A DNA stretch of 59,005 nt, the filler included, from Ionaspis alba (Eukaryota), in the NCBI GenBank assembly GCA_964255285.1. It is 4 parts of 4 records of this genome, joined end to end, with 100 filler letters (N's around TTAATTAATTAA, not from the genome) between each part and the next. Parts side by side here need not be neighbours in the genome. Positions count along the whole stretch, not along the records: positions 44,378 to 59,005 come from CAXUUL010000408.1; 3 more parts are not named here. One strand, written 5' to 3'. Of this stretch, positions 58,673-59,005 are shown piece by piece. The position numbers and the translations under genes are program-made. Every line of letters begins with the position of its first letter. Position 1 is the first letter of the stretch. The notes below the pieces were generated by a model. The model was not told where the DNA came from and did no database searches. It was given only the letters and a program-made list of their open reading frames with translations.

Positions 58673-59005
58673 GATTTGATTCGCGTATCCAAGACAGAGG
58701 GCTTGAATCTGACTGTGTGTGAAGGAATCGACCTCCCAGTGCTTTTAACGACAATGTGAAATGGCTGAGGTTTTTGCAAGAAAAAAGATCACGATACCTG
58801 AACCTTTTCCATGGCTTTGAGCGCGACTCGGAATATTAAGACCCTGACTTCAGCCTCATGCCATCTCCTCTAAAACAGATACAGGCAAGCGATCGTAGAG
58901 ATCAGGCTAGTGCTGACACCGAGTTCTGTATGTGCATGTTAAAGTCGCTGTGATAGGTAGAGGCCGCCAAGCCAAGAGTTCTGCATGATGCTTGGGCTTG
59001 ACTGG

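Overview
Intron-rich, gene-dense filamentous ascomycete (Pezizomycotina) DNA. The window is not one locus. It consists of four contigs (1-14699, 14800-29495, 29596-44277, 44378-59005) joined by artificial N44-TTAATTAATTAA-N44 linkers in decreasing length order, with three further 100-N scaffold gaps. Contig 1 carries an orphan ORF, a membrane DnaJ protein, RPA43, a large coilin-like protein and the group III histidine kinase NIK1/OS-1. Contig 2 carries a partial GDSAG hydrolase, CUS2/Tat-SF1, a MepA-type ammonium transporter with a GATA-rich upstream region, a PARP-type zinc-finger-like protein, the MAPKKK SSK2 and partial SNU13. Contig 3 carries MGA2/SPT23, a GST, TAD3, an RTA1-like gene and partial TRS130. 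Contig 4 carries an EFM7-family methyltransferase tail-to-tail with EFM4, the m-AAA protease, DUF1295, TOP3, a PTH11-like GPCR and a patatin. The top observations are: (1) the otherwise intact PTH11-like GPCR has a single in-frame TAG where a Trp is expected, so it is either a candidate for stop-correcting A-to-I mRNA editing or a young pseudogene; (2) a probable fungal coilin; (3) a 5-nt microexon that builds the GST active-site CPF motif; (4) a recurrent C/A-rich to G/T-rich strand-skew switch near gene 3' ends. No transposons, rRNA/tRNA genes or CRISPR arrays were recognised. All family calls come from motif recognition by eye; no searches were run.
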